Made by a program: the position numbers and the translations under genes
In this document: positions 20,401-31,900 of the stretch, one piece after another
How positions within the stretch are numbered: the stretch's first letter is position 1
Layout: each line of letters opens with the position of its first letter
Assembly (NCBI GenBank): GCA_020137815.1
Contig: CM035361.1
Coordinates: 186,001 to 250,000, forward strand
Origin: Hormiphora californensis
Taxonomy: Eukaryota; Animalia; Ctenophora
Reading direction: 5' to 3'
DNA length: 64,000 nt
Notes under the pieces: generated by a model
Databases searched by the model: none
What the model was told of the DNA's origin: nothing
Seen by the model: only the letters and a program-made list of their open reading frames with translations

Positions 20401-21093
20401 AATTTACAACCAGATATTGATCACATATTTTTAAATCCCTGATCTTCATTCAGGAGAGAGATCTGGTAGTGTTACCGGATAGCCCACCACAACAACTCCC
20501 TATTGCTGGTTCTGTTCCAGCTAAATCATTCGTACCAACCAAGCTTGCCAAGTCGAACTCCTTCACTCGATCTTCAACCTTGCCCGTTGCAAAACCTTCA
20601 GAACCGGTTAGTGCCCCCCCCCCCCCCCCCCCGGTTAGTCCTGGGCAGATTGGCAGATGATAAGTCAAGTTAGTCAGGTAAAAAATGGGTGGGTTTTAAA
20701 AGTAGAAGGGAGATGTCACACACTACGAGATTTCCGTTTAGTCACTAATTTAGTGCAGCGACTTCATGCTATGGACAGTGTGAGATGTGAAACAATTTAG
20801 CAGACCCTCTCTCATGTCAGTCTTTCTCCCCTCAGGCTGCGTTCAACCCATTTGATTCGACTGAAGATGCACCCTCTGGTGGAGGGAACCCGTTTGATGA
20901 CACCCCCTCTCCTCCTCCAACCACTTCCACTAACCCATTCCCTGCTAAAACCTCAACTAACCCATTCCCTGCTAAAACCTCAACTAACCCTTTCCCGGAT
21001 GAAGATTTAAATCCGTTCGCGGACGAGGGAGGGGCTGGGTTGAACCCGTTCGATGAATCTGGGGATACAAATCCTTTTCCTGACGATGACTGA
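11408..21093 (+). CDS. VPS11: Vacuolar protein sorting 11 (CORVET/HOPS core subunit), ~25 exons, with C-terminal Pro-rich/NPF extension
   Basis: N-terminus MVSHQLRKFAFFNKELIRE (11408-11494); TCATSGRGKILIGDDQG; MAVGMADGTV; YIATIGHVEPSYVIRKFLDSRRIHNLT/YLEALH..DHTTLLLNCYTKLK (14969-15835); RING CTQC..HLLCKHSWHQ/CF..CPVC (19224-19733); AVADFFAKG. Later exons 20158-20291, 20454-20606 and 20836-21093. Confidence 0.93.
12363..12592 (+). repeat. 34-bp minisatellite (~7 copies)
   Basis: Unit CCAATTGTGCCTCCACTAACAACCCCGCCCTTTT, head-to-tail with no spacers. Confidence 0.92.
12601..13190. mobile_element. Non-autonomous TIR element with 10-bp subterminal repeats, inserted at a VPS11 3' splice site
   Basis: GGGGGGG-TTATCATGGTGACAAATGGTGAC... 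/ ...GTCACCATTTGTCACCATGATTA-CCCCCCC, flanked by direct repeat TTTTCAG (12594-12600, 13191-13197). Confidence 0.8.
13318..13411 (+). repeat. Tandem ~23-bp repeat containing an RFX X-box-like motif
   Basis: Four copies of CTATTGTAACCATG(G/A)CAAC. Confidence 0.75.
15150..15697 (+). repeat. ~52-72-bp minisatellite whose unit contains the VPS11 splice acceptor and the first exon codons
   Basis: YAG|TACCTAGAAGC(C/G)CTC repeated, with the AG ending at 15218, 15288, 15360, 15430, 15500, 15552, 15622 and the true acceptor at 15682. Confidence 0.9.
16320..17225 (-). mobile_element. 5'-truncated Penelope-like retroelement (GIY-YIG endonuclease region and 3' terminus) in a VPS11 intron
   Basis: ORF 16560-17225: LPYHPDLS..L, IYSIPCRDCSSFYVGQTKR..RIKEH, SAPAIH..GH..DW, LLEQAAI, typical of the PLE GIY-YIG with CxxC/H motifs. 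RT core is absent. Boundaries approximate. Confidence 0.88.
16349..16390 (-). ncRNA. Minimal hammerhead ribozyme of the Penelope terminus
   Basis: Minus strand AUAG-CUGAAGA-CGUCUGACAUAGAUCAGUC-GAAAGCUC-CUGU: core boxes, stem II, palindromic minimal stem III, short stem I. Confidence 0.65.
19964..20060. mobile_element. Tiny Tc1/mariner-pogo-type MITE
   Basis: TA-CAGTCGGACCCCGATTTAGTGGC...GCCACTAAATCGGGGTCCGACTG-TA; family member at 61490-61568. Confidence 0.88.
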
Positions 21094-21287
21094 GAGTTGA
21101 TAATTTTGTGTTCTGAAAAACAGTTGTACTGATTGATAATGTACTTTTGGATTATGAAGAATCGGTGCTGTTTTGGATGTATTGTTTTCCTTGATGGAAT
21201 TGTATCTATTTTGATCTGGTTATTGTTTTGAAAATCTGCCTTTTCCGTTTTCTACCACTACCACCATTATACTCTGACTATGTCCCC

Positions 21288-21820
21288 AAAAAGTGTCTGG
21301 CTCTCAGATCGGGTCGCTAGACAGACCATTCTTCTTTTATATTGAACAGGAGTACTGAGGGAGTACTGAGGGATGTCATATCGTATGCATACCTAGTCCA
21401 ACTCCAAACAGCTCATGAGGTCTCATTAAAGCAACGTTGGGTTGCGCTGTCTGGCCAACGCTATGACCGCGGTTCTCCAATAGGGTCTGGCCAATACTCT
21501 GACAGGGGACGAGACATATCCCATGAGGCTTCATGAGCAACGAGGTTGAGTCTCCTGTCCGTATGAACAATTCAATCATGAGGCACTGAAACCGCTTAAA
21601 ACGCCTCATGAGACAAAAGGCCACGTTCTTCCTTCGTACCATAACTGGTGGTTAGCTGTGCCTTAATTTACAGCACTTCCACTTTCGTTATCCGATTGCC
21701 ATGCAGTCGACAGACTGGGAACAGGTCTCTTGATCCAGCCACTCGGATGAGTCTGATCCAGGATCGTGGAAATTACTACGCGCGGCACACAAACATCTGC
21801 TCATGTGTGCGCGCGTAGTG
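21288..21820. ncRNA. Candidate structured RNA or unclassified structured element between convergent VPS11 and LRRC56
   Basis: Nested complementary segments 21344-21356/21549-21560 and 21411-21426/21523-21538, plus hairpins at 21294-21322, 21577-21611, 21732-21759 and 21775-21819. No recognisable protein. Confidence 0.35.
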
Positions 21821-22022
21821 ACTGCGCGAAAACAGCCGTACTTTCAATATTACGAGCTGTTGTTACTATGGCAACAGAGTCTACGAGGGAGAGAGAACGA
21901 ATAAAACGCATTGTTTTTTTGTTCCATAACAATCCTGTTACATACACTATCACATATTGTATGCACATGAAAAATAAATAATTCTCATTTTAAAAAACAG
22001 CAACACTCATACTCTGTAAATT

Positions 22023-22788
22023 TTAAACCGGCCCCGGCCGAGTTGACACATGCCTTGGAAGTCCTGGTTTGGGCATTCTATCACTGTATAACCGGTCAAT
22101 AGTTGATTGTTGCATGACAGTGTCCTCAATTGAAGCCCTGATCTTCCTGAATCGCGTGCTCATCGCTCCACTTCCATCGGGGGACCGGCCAATTTGGGGT
22201 CGCACTGGTTTTAACCCGGTGTCCAAACTTTTTGTTACTTGATCCTTATCGACTGTGACCACCCTGTATTTTCCTTTTCCTGAGAACACACCTTGATCTG
22301 CAGCACCCTCAAGTGATGACCGCTCTTTTGATCCGGACCTTCTTGAAGTACTGTGTTTACCTCGCTCACTGGAGCTCTCTCTTTTCGACGATCTTCGTGT
22401 GCTACTACTGTCCCGAGATTTATCAGTCCTTCTCTCTACACTCTCCCTTCTCTCAGTCCTTCTCTCTACACTCTCCCTTCTCTCAGTCCTTCTCTCTACA
22501 CTCTCTCTCCTGGTCCTCCTTTCCCCTTCTCTCCCCTCACTTCGTCCCGAAGAGACCCTTTCCACACTTCTCTGTCCCCCACTATCCCCTCTCTTCCTCT
22601 CCTCTCTCTTTCTATCTGTTGTCACGGTAGCCTCTACAGCTTCATCGAAGTGGTGCGAGAGACGGCTTGAGCTGGTGCTAGGAGGGAGGTCGCGAGGAGA
22701 GGCGTCGCTGGGCGGTCGTTGGTCGTGAGAGTTCTCGGAGTGCCGCTTCGTAGTTTGCCTGTAATGGGATAGTGGTGTGAGCGATCAG

Positions 22789-22825
<37 letters not shown>

Positions 22826-23453
22826 AGATAGAGAGATAGAGAGAGAGATCGAAGAGATAGAGAGAAGAGAGAGAGAGAAGAGAGAGGAGAGAGAGAGGAG
22901 AGAGATAGAGAGAAGGAAGAGAGAGAAGAGACGAGCAGAGCGCGGATCCTCGCGAGGAGTTTCCAGAGAGAGCAGAGGCAGAAGAGGAGTAAAGGGAGAG
23001 AAGTTTTCCTCCCCCCCTTCCCCCCTTCCCCTCCTTCTCCTTTTCCCCTCCGCCCTTCCCCGGGGGGGGGTTTTTTTTCCCCCCCAAAGGGGGAAGGGAC
23101 CCCCCCGGGGGGGGGAAAATTTTTTCTTTTCAAAGGTTGGGGGGTTTTGGTGCTAAAAGGGGGAGGTTAGGGGGAGAGGGAGGGAGGAAGGGGGGGGGTT
23201 GGGGAGGGAGGGGGAGGGGGGAAAGGGGAAGGGGGGGGAAAAAAGGGAGAGAGAGAGAGGAGAAAAAAGGGAGGAGAGAAAAGGGGGGAAAAAGAAGGAG
23301 GAAAAAGGGGGGGAAGGAAAGAAGGGGGGAAAAGGGGGGGGGGGGGGGAAAAAAAAGGGGGAAAAAAAAGGGGGAGGGGAAAGAGGGGGGGGGAAAAGGG
23401 CCCCCCCTTTTGGCCCCGGGGCCCCCCCCTTTTTTTTAAAAAACCCCCCCCAA

Positions 23454-23485
<32 letters not shown>

Positions 23486-23502
23486 GGGCCCCCCCCCCCC
23501 CC

Positions 23503-23534
<32 letters not shown>

Positions 23535-26266
23535 TGGGGGGGGGGGGGGCCCCCCTTTTTTTTTTTCCCCCCCCCCTTTTCTCCCCCGGGCTTTTCCCCC
23601 CCTTTTCCCTGGTCCCTTTTTTTTTCCCCCAAAAACCCGAAGCTGGGGGGGAATAGTTAAAAACCTTTTCCCAAACCATATTCCCCCCCGAAAAAAACCC
23701 CCAAAATTTTTGGGAAAAAAAACCCAAAAAACCTCCAAATAAAAATAACGTTTTTAAATAAAATTAAATTTTTTACAAAATTTTTCCCCAAAAAACCTTT
23801 TTTAAAAAAACCCCTTTATTAGGGCCCCCCATTATTTTTTTTTTTTAAAACCCCCCTTTTGGTTTTTTTTTAAAACCCTTTTGATTTTTTTTAAACCCAA
23901 ATTTCCCCTTTTTAAAGGAAATTTTTTTTCCACCCCCTTTTTTAAAAGCCCCCCCCCTTTTGTTTTTAAAATTTTAAGGGTTGGTCCCCATTGTTGAAAA
24001 AAAAACCCCCCCATTTTGTGGCCCCGGGGTTTTGGGGGGAAAAAGGGGGTTTTTTTAAAAGGGCCCCCGGGTTTTAAAAGGAAAAACGGGGGGGAAAAAG
24101 GGGGAAAGGGGTAAAAAAATTTTTTTTTTAAATTTTTAAAAATTTAAAATTTTAAAAAACCCAAAAAAACCCCCCCTTTTTAAAATTCCCCAAAAAAAAA
24201 ACCCCCCAAAAATTAATTTAAAACAGGGGGGGGGGTTAAAAAAAAAACTAAAATACAAAAAACCCCGACATGGTTTTTAAAGGGCCAGTGTTCTAGGAAA
24301 AAAAACCAAACCCCACGAACAACTACTGCCGAAAATAAATCCCTTTTGATTAAATTTTCGTAACTGGTCTGAAATCAAAAATTACTTTTTTTGGACGTAA
24401 CACAAGCCCCGGGGAATACAAAAACAACCCGCTCTAAATATTATTTTGGTAAAGAAGTTTCTTCTTTTATTTAATGTCTCTGCTGAATAAACTATTTCTA
24501 GCATTATTAATATCAATCTCAACCAACCTGTTTTTCAGCTTGAGTCTTTTCCTCATGTAGACTATCAATTGTCAGCTCCCTAGTCAACCACTCTCTACTG
24601 TCCTTCCACTCAGCCAACATCTCATTTGGTTTTCCCCCCGCCCCCACCCCCCAAAGGGCTTGGGTGGCGCTTTTTGCGGGGGGAGAGGGTTCTATATTTA
24701 GGGACACCTTTTTGGGGGGTGATTTTGGGGTTGCACAGTATACTGCCACTGCTGCCAGGGGAAAGTGATAGTGGGTGGCGAAGAGGGCTACCGTGGTTGT
24801 AAAATCGGGGGAAATATAAATTCGTGGAAAAAACGGGCCCAGCTGTGACTTTTTTTAAAAGTCAATTTTTTTAAAAAGAGTGCTTCACAATAACCTTACC
24901 CATTCAAGATCGCCCATTTCAATGCTCTACAGGTTAAAATTTTTTTTTTGGGGGTTTAAAGGGGTAAAAGCCGGGGGGGTAAAGTATGATATTCGAATAA
25001 TATACCAAGAGGGAGCTGTATTTAAATGAAATCAAATAACTCTCTCCCTAGCTATCACCATGGTTACCCACTAGTAATTCCTACACGCTCCCCACCAAAC
25101 ATGACATGGAGATTGTTGTTTTTTAGGATATTGTTCTTACGAAAGTAATCGTGGTAGAGGAAATATTGTATACGATGTGTTGGTGGAAAACAGATTTAGC
25201 GAATGATATGTTGCCTGGCAAAAGGTTCTCACCTCCATAGTGTCGCGAGTAACTTTTCTTCGGAGCTGTTTAGAGGGTGGACCACACAGGATTGTACCGT
25301 GAGTGAGATCTGAACTGTGGTCAGGAGCTGCACCTAAACGAGCTAGTGTGTCAGGGATTAGTATATTGTATATTGCTTAAATCCTTCTCTTTAACATGGT
25401 GGACGGTGGTAAGAGGGGGTTGAGTTGATCAAGGGTCAAGGAAAGCTGCAAAGTTAAGTGCAATCAAAATAGAATTAATTGATTTAGTGAAATATCTGGG
25501 GGTCAAAAGTTTCTGTTTTGCATGATATAATGCAGACTAATTACTAACCCGGTCCAGGAGAGACTGATCGGTCACTGGCTGCGGAGGATGGTCGAATAAT
25601 GGCTGAAGTCCGATCAACTCCCGGACACTGTGTCTTTTAGTGAGAGACTCACCGCCTGAAGCAGATAGAGGTAGGAGAGGCCGAGAGGGGGATGGGGATA
25701 GATAGATAGTTAGAAAGAGAAAGAGATACTAAAAGAAGGATAAAAACTCGTTCATACCTGCATTTCACTCAACAAACTCCCAGTGTTGCCAAGCAGCCTA
25801 TGTGACGTCATTGATAGACCCCCACTAGGTCCCCCAGATCCCTTCCCTAGGGGACTATCATCTAGATACTTGAGGTGGGGTACAATTCGCTGAATCTCAT
25901 TTCTTAGTTCTTGGGGAGCCTGGGGATGAAGTTATTTTAGCATTCTTAATTATCATATTTTAATGGCTAAATTATTTATTAATTTTCTTGTTCATTAATT
26001 TTCTTGTTCAAGTCCCGCCCTGTTCTTCAAAACAATGAGAGGGATAAAAACACACAAAAAACAGGTTCTAAGCGAATATAATACTTCCCTACCATGTTTT
26101 GAGTAAGAGGGTTTCCATCGATACTTAGTGAGGTCAGAGTGGGGCACATACACAGAAACTCAACCTGTCAATAGAGGTGACGTGTTACATGGCTAGAATT
26201 TATATCAGAAGACATTTTCTGTGACATCTTCAAAGCCTCTACTTCATATCTCTCTGCGTGATCTAA

Positions 26267-26303
<37 letters not shown>

Positions 26304-27887
26304 GATATCTGTCATGTGACTACTGCATGTTAAAGTAACACACGAGCAGTTAATAAGCCCACCCACTAAATCACAAGCTTCTCGAGCATGTACACTTCTT
26401 TTTACTTGAAGTAATTTCAACTGCACGAGGTACCCTTTTCTAAAAGCAATAGGGACAGATTTCACTCCCACACTGCACTAACCGGGTTAGTAACCCTCTC
26501 GGGAGCAAGGTTATACAAAATTCAGTACATTCAAAAAGAAATTGAACCTTGTTTAAATGTTCTCTCACTCCGCGGTGAGAAAGGCTCAGGCAAAGCAAGT
26601 TAATCGATACTTTACTTTTATAAATAATTTAGTTACCTGATCAAGAGTTTCAATGTTGTTACTCTCCAAGTCCACTAACTGGAGGGTGTCTATCATACTC
26701 AGTGGACTAACATCACTAACTTCATTATACGCCAAATACAGCTCCTGTGAAAATTATTTTTGATATAAATTCGGCCTGTGCTCAATGCAGTTTATGATTT
26801 AATTAGTTGATGGTTGTTTCTAGAACAAAAAAACTCAAATAACTATTTTCAGTTTGTCCACAAACTACCATCAACTACCTAATTAAAGACGTGACATGAT
26901 TGAATTATTCTGACCTTAAGTTGCCCGATGGATCCAATTCCATCCAAATCCTGAAGGCCACACCGACTCATCCACAATATCTCCAAGCAGTGTAGTGATG
27001 TCCCTAAATCTCGAACTGAGGTTATTTTACTACCCGTCAACCTGGGGAGAATTTTAATAAACGAACTGAGCGTATTTTTTTATCAATTATACTTCCTTTT
27101 TGTGTTGTTTTTAATTGATTAATTAAAATTTCTCTCAAAACCCACCGGAGTTCCTGCAAGTTTGGAAGATAGTTTCCGAACGTGCCCAGACTGCTTTCTG
27201 TAGTATCAACCACAAGATCAAGGGTAACTACCATTGACAGATCGTACACCCCTGACAGCTGTCTCTGAAGGGATACCATTGTTAGTCTTCTAAAAACACA
27301 ATTAGACAGAAACAAAAGTGCTAAGACGAATTTAAAACACGAAGTCAGTGGACCTTTATGTGCTTCTTACCGACCCCACAGTGTGTGCTATTTTGTGCTT
27401 CTTACCAAATGTACAAAGTCAGTACCACAAAACATGTAATCGGATAGTTCGTCCGATATATCTCGCCCAGACGGTAAACGCGGCGGGTGGTCCAGGACAG
27501 CCTAAAGATAGAGAAATAGTTCTGAGTCGAGTAAAATTCATTGTGTTTTCTAGAAGTTGATTACTCAGGAAAAGTTCGAGTTATCCACTACCAGAAAACA
27601 TTAATTATTCAAGTTTATTGATACAACCTTAATCACTTTTGATTTCATGGTCAGGAAGAAACAGATTTAGTAACTTTGTATTTAGGTCCTGGACCACCAT
27701 CACCATCTCACACACACACATGTGCTGTGTACACACTACTATCTTCAATTCTTACTAGTTTTTGTGGCGAGAGGATGTCCTCGAACAACATCTCCTCTTC
27801 TTCGAAGGCATCTGTGAACGTCGGAGAGGGATTCATGGCCGCAGGGGAGGATACGATTCGAAATGAGGGTGTGCTAGGACGCGCCAT
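22023..27887 (-). CDS. LRRC56: Leucine-rich repeat-containing protein 56 (ODA8/DNAAF12, dynein arm assembly/IFT cargo)
   Basis: Exons MARPSTPS..MNPSP..EDILSPQKL; VVTLDLVVDTTESSLGTFGNYLPNLQELR; SVRDLGTSLHCLEILWMSRCGLQDLDGI; ELYLAYNEVSDVSPL..VDLESNNIE; FLCMCPTLTSLSIDGNPL. Linkage of the Arg/Ser-rich last exon ending at 22023 crosses a garbled block. Confidence 0.85.
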
Positions 27888-28973
27888 GTCTTGATGTAGA
27901 ACTGTACTTCTGTAAAGGTACTGATGTTAAGCTTCAAACACTCATAGGAGGGGTTAGTTTGGAAGTCGATCTACGGGAAACCGGCCATTGAGAACTAGAA
28001 GCCCTCAAATTTGAGTAAGTTTTTACCTGTCGTAAGAGGATCCAGGTGTTGAGAGGAAAGCAGTAGACATATCAGACACTTTCCAATCCTCACAACATTC
28101 CGAAGAAGCTCAAGAGGAAGGAAAAACTGAGCTGAGCATCAAAATCGAAACGGAAATCCAAAAATTCCACAAATTTGCGAAGCCTTTTTTATTTTTTCAA
28201 ATTTCAGAATGCGCGGCGTTATAACGCGCAGCACATTACTCTAGAATAATCGGCGCGTTACAAAAAGTGTCAACCGTGAAAATACCATGAGCTCATTTTA
28301 TTTTTTGCCGTAGCCCTGTTTTGTCATGAAACACACAAAACTTTCTTAATTAATAACAAATAGTAGTCTGAACGCTATATACAAAGCGAAGAAAGGTACA
28401 AACGTACGTTAGACAACTTATTGGACACTGACGATAGTTGTAAATTTCAAAAAACATGTCAAAAGTCTATTACTATTACTAGCATTAGTAAATTACTTTC
28501 TAACATTACGCTATCTCAAGTTAACAACATTCCTGGCTAAACAACGTGATACAATGTAGAAAAACAACTGAGAGTCCAATTAATTCTGTCTGTCTTGCAG
28601 ACCACATTCTCTCTAGCTCTCTGAACAAATTATAGTATCTAAGATACTATCTCTGAAAAGGGTCCTGTTTCTTCCTCTATGATCTATCTAAATATGGGAG
28701 CTACATTATTCTACTGTCAGACATCACGTGCTGACCCTTTCTCGCTCTGAACGGAGAGGGGTCAGGCATCACACAGACAGTTATTCTGCAGTAGTAGCAG
28801 TACTCAAATATACAATTACGTTGACATCATCTTGAACGGAAGAGGTAAAATCGCAAAAACACTGTCTTTGTTTCCGAGTGTGTGTGTGGCACACACCACC
28901 GCACAATTACAAATTGTTCTGAACACAGTGTGACGTCATTATTTTGTGACGTCATAACGTGATGTCATGATCA

Positions 28974-31900
28974 TCATTGTGTGGGACATCTGTTTCCCAC
29001 GTCCTCAGCGTACATGTCGCTCAGCTGGGCTCGCAGGTACTCGATATTGCTTCGAATCTCTTTTACCTGAAAAAACATAGAGGTGAAGGGAGTTGTACTA
29101 GGTTCTATATCCGCTAAACAACCCGTATACGGATAACAGGGGAACCCTCGAACAACGATACCCCAAAAAAAGACCGAAACCCCTGGACTAGTTACCCTTA
29201 GTTACCACCATTTGACACCATGGTTACCCCCAGTTACTTACATCACTCAGCTGGTGATCATATGATGCCTCTCCTCGGGAACTGGATGGCGGCGTAGTTC
29301 GGAGGCCCAAAAGTAGAGATATATCGGGTTGTTGGCCTGCCACGCTCATTTGCACAACCTGACAGAGGATTATATATATATTGGAACACTATAGTGAATT
29401 TGTTGTAACTCTCCCAGTATTTCATGAGTTCTGTTAGATGAAACTTTTCCGTCTTTAGTTAAAATAAAATCCACTGACTAATTAGTACCCCACTTACCAC
29501 CCTCAATTAATAACCAATTTACTTACCTCAACAACGCTAGCAAGATCCTCATAAGCTGCATGGAACTCAGACAACAATATCTTACTATTCTGGATCTCAG
29601 GAGCACCCGATACTTCAACTACCCGTTCCTGAGCTGCCTCTAGCTCCGCTTGACAGTCAGCGAGTTGCTGTTGTAGGAGCTCGACCTGGGAAGTAGAGGG
29701 GTTAATATGACAGTGGACGTCACAGGTCACGTGGTATGGTCAGAGAGTTGCTCAACCTGGAGTGGGGATAATACAGAACCAACTATCCCCCCATTTATTT
29801 AACAAAAACCACCTATAAATCTCATACAACGTACCTCTTGTTCGCGTTCTGTAAGTGACGACTTCAGTGCGGTGCACTCCCCAGAACTCTTATCGAGGCT
29901 CTCAGTCAATATTCGGGTCTTCTCTTGTTCTGTGCTGAACTTCTCGTAGTACCCACCAACCAGATTCTGAGGAGGGTGAGGTAGTTAGATGTTGTTGCAA
30001 TCTACAGCATTGTTTGGGCGGTAAGAAAGACAATGCTCGTGTTAGAGCCTTAGAGAGATACCAGGAACCGACCAAATCAGGAAATACTGGTCCCTGATTG
30101 GCTGATGACCAGTCACGTGACCTAAATAACGAGCTCCGATTGGTTGTTTACTTAGAGAGATACCTTGGTAGATTCCTTCTGTTCGCTCAGCACCGTGATC
30201 TCCTTCCTCAGTTGGTCTATCTTCTTCTCCATCTTGGACCGCTCTTGCTCAATCTATATACAGAGAGATTGTTACTTTAACTAGGGAGAGAGAATGATGT
30301 CTTGCTCAATCTATATACAGAGAGATTGTTACTTTAGAAACAGAGGTCTAGAAAGAGAGGTCTAAAAAGAGAGGTCTAGAGGGAAGTCTACTGACTTCTG
30401 AGACCCCCAACTATAACACCGCATGACAAGAAGTAAGAACGTATCAAATCAAATCTTTACTAAACTAAAAACACCACTAAGTTCTCAGATGGATTATCTT
30501 GAGCGAATTTGATGATGAAGTTAGATCACAATAAGCTACTCAAAGTGAAAGTGCTATTAGTCAAACTTTGAATTTGTGTCACTAAAATCATTGTCGACAC
30601 ATGTGCAGAATTGCAGTAATCCTCTATTTACGACATACAGAAATTTAATGACAGAGAGAGAGAGATGAAGAGACATAGACGAGACAAGTGCCCTCACTAC
30701 TCTTCTAGCTACTTCACTCAATATCTCACACCACCTCCCAACATCTCTCACTACCAATATGCTCTGGCAGAACTCTCACCTTTTGGAGTTCCTGCTTTGC
30801 CTGGGCGGCATTCTGACTTTTCAGAATGTTATTCTGCTTCTCCAGTTTGATCACAGAATCCTTTAATTCCGTACACTTCTTCTGAAGTTTCTTCATTTCT
30901 GGACCTGGAAACAGGAACAAAGGAATGTAACCATTGAATGTTAAAAACATGAATGTAACAAGACCGAATCTTGGGTTTAACATAATTTTCATTTGAGAAG
31001 TTAAGTGGCTAGACACTATATCACTTATCAGACGAGGATGCAACCCGCACCAAAATCTTGTTATGTTCTAACCCGAAACACAGTCTAGCCAGGCAACCAA
31101 AATCACGGTGTGTTTTACCTGAAGATTTGTCCTTATTGATGACGTTGGTGTGTTTATCAATCAACACCTTATTTTCATCTGTTAACCGTGATAACTGGAA
31201 ATATATCAAGATGTTAGCTCTAGTAGTTTAGGTGAAATAATTCAGAATAAGATAGGACAGAATTCAGAAAACATCTCTCTCTGGTACGGAGCTGACAGCT
31301 TCGAACTGTAAGTGTACATACACACTATTGACTATTGTCAGCCCTATTAATGCAATAACAAATGCCTGGGTTTCATTTTCAGTTCACGGCACTGTCTCAA
31401 AGTGACGTCATATTCTCAAAGTGACGTCATTTTCTCAAAGTGACGTCATACACACACCTGGTCCTTCATATCGTTGTACTCCTTCACTGTAGGAAGAGTC
31501 GTTAGGTAATCCTGAAGTCTGGAGAACTTCCGAGATATCGATACCTTCTCTTCAGTAAGAGACTGGACATCCTGAGAGAGAGAGGGGGGGTTAGTGTTTA
31601 AATGGCAAACTGACAGATAGGATATTTCTGAATACACAAATTCTTAAAACCAGGATTTCTATAAAACGTCCCAACAAACAAAAACAAACAAACAAACAAA
31701 CAAATAACATGTGTATTAGCTTACATTTTTCAGCTCACTGATAGTGTGCTCGTATTTGATCCTGTCCTCTGCACAAACCTCCATCCCGCCATCTGATCTC
31801 CTTCCTTCCAACTGTTTGATGTACAGGTGTAACCTGAAATACACCGTGAATGGTATTATCATGATTTAAGCTGGTAAAAGTGGGCATCCTGTGACGAAAT

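Noticed and set aside
21288-21820. Telomerase RNA, RNase P/MRP or SRP identity for the structured segment
   Set aside because: No CUAACCCU template and no P4 or SRP consensus found by eye. It is kept only as an unclassified candidate.
22990-24400. Poly-G/K/P/F ORFs and apparent G-quadruplex or palindromic tracts
   Set aside because: Runs of homopolymers next to a (GA)n tract are typical low-quality long-read sequence.
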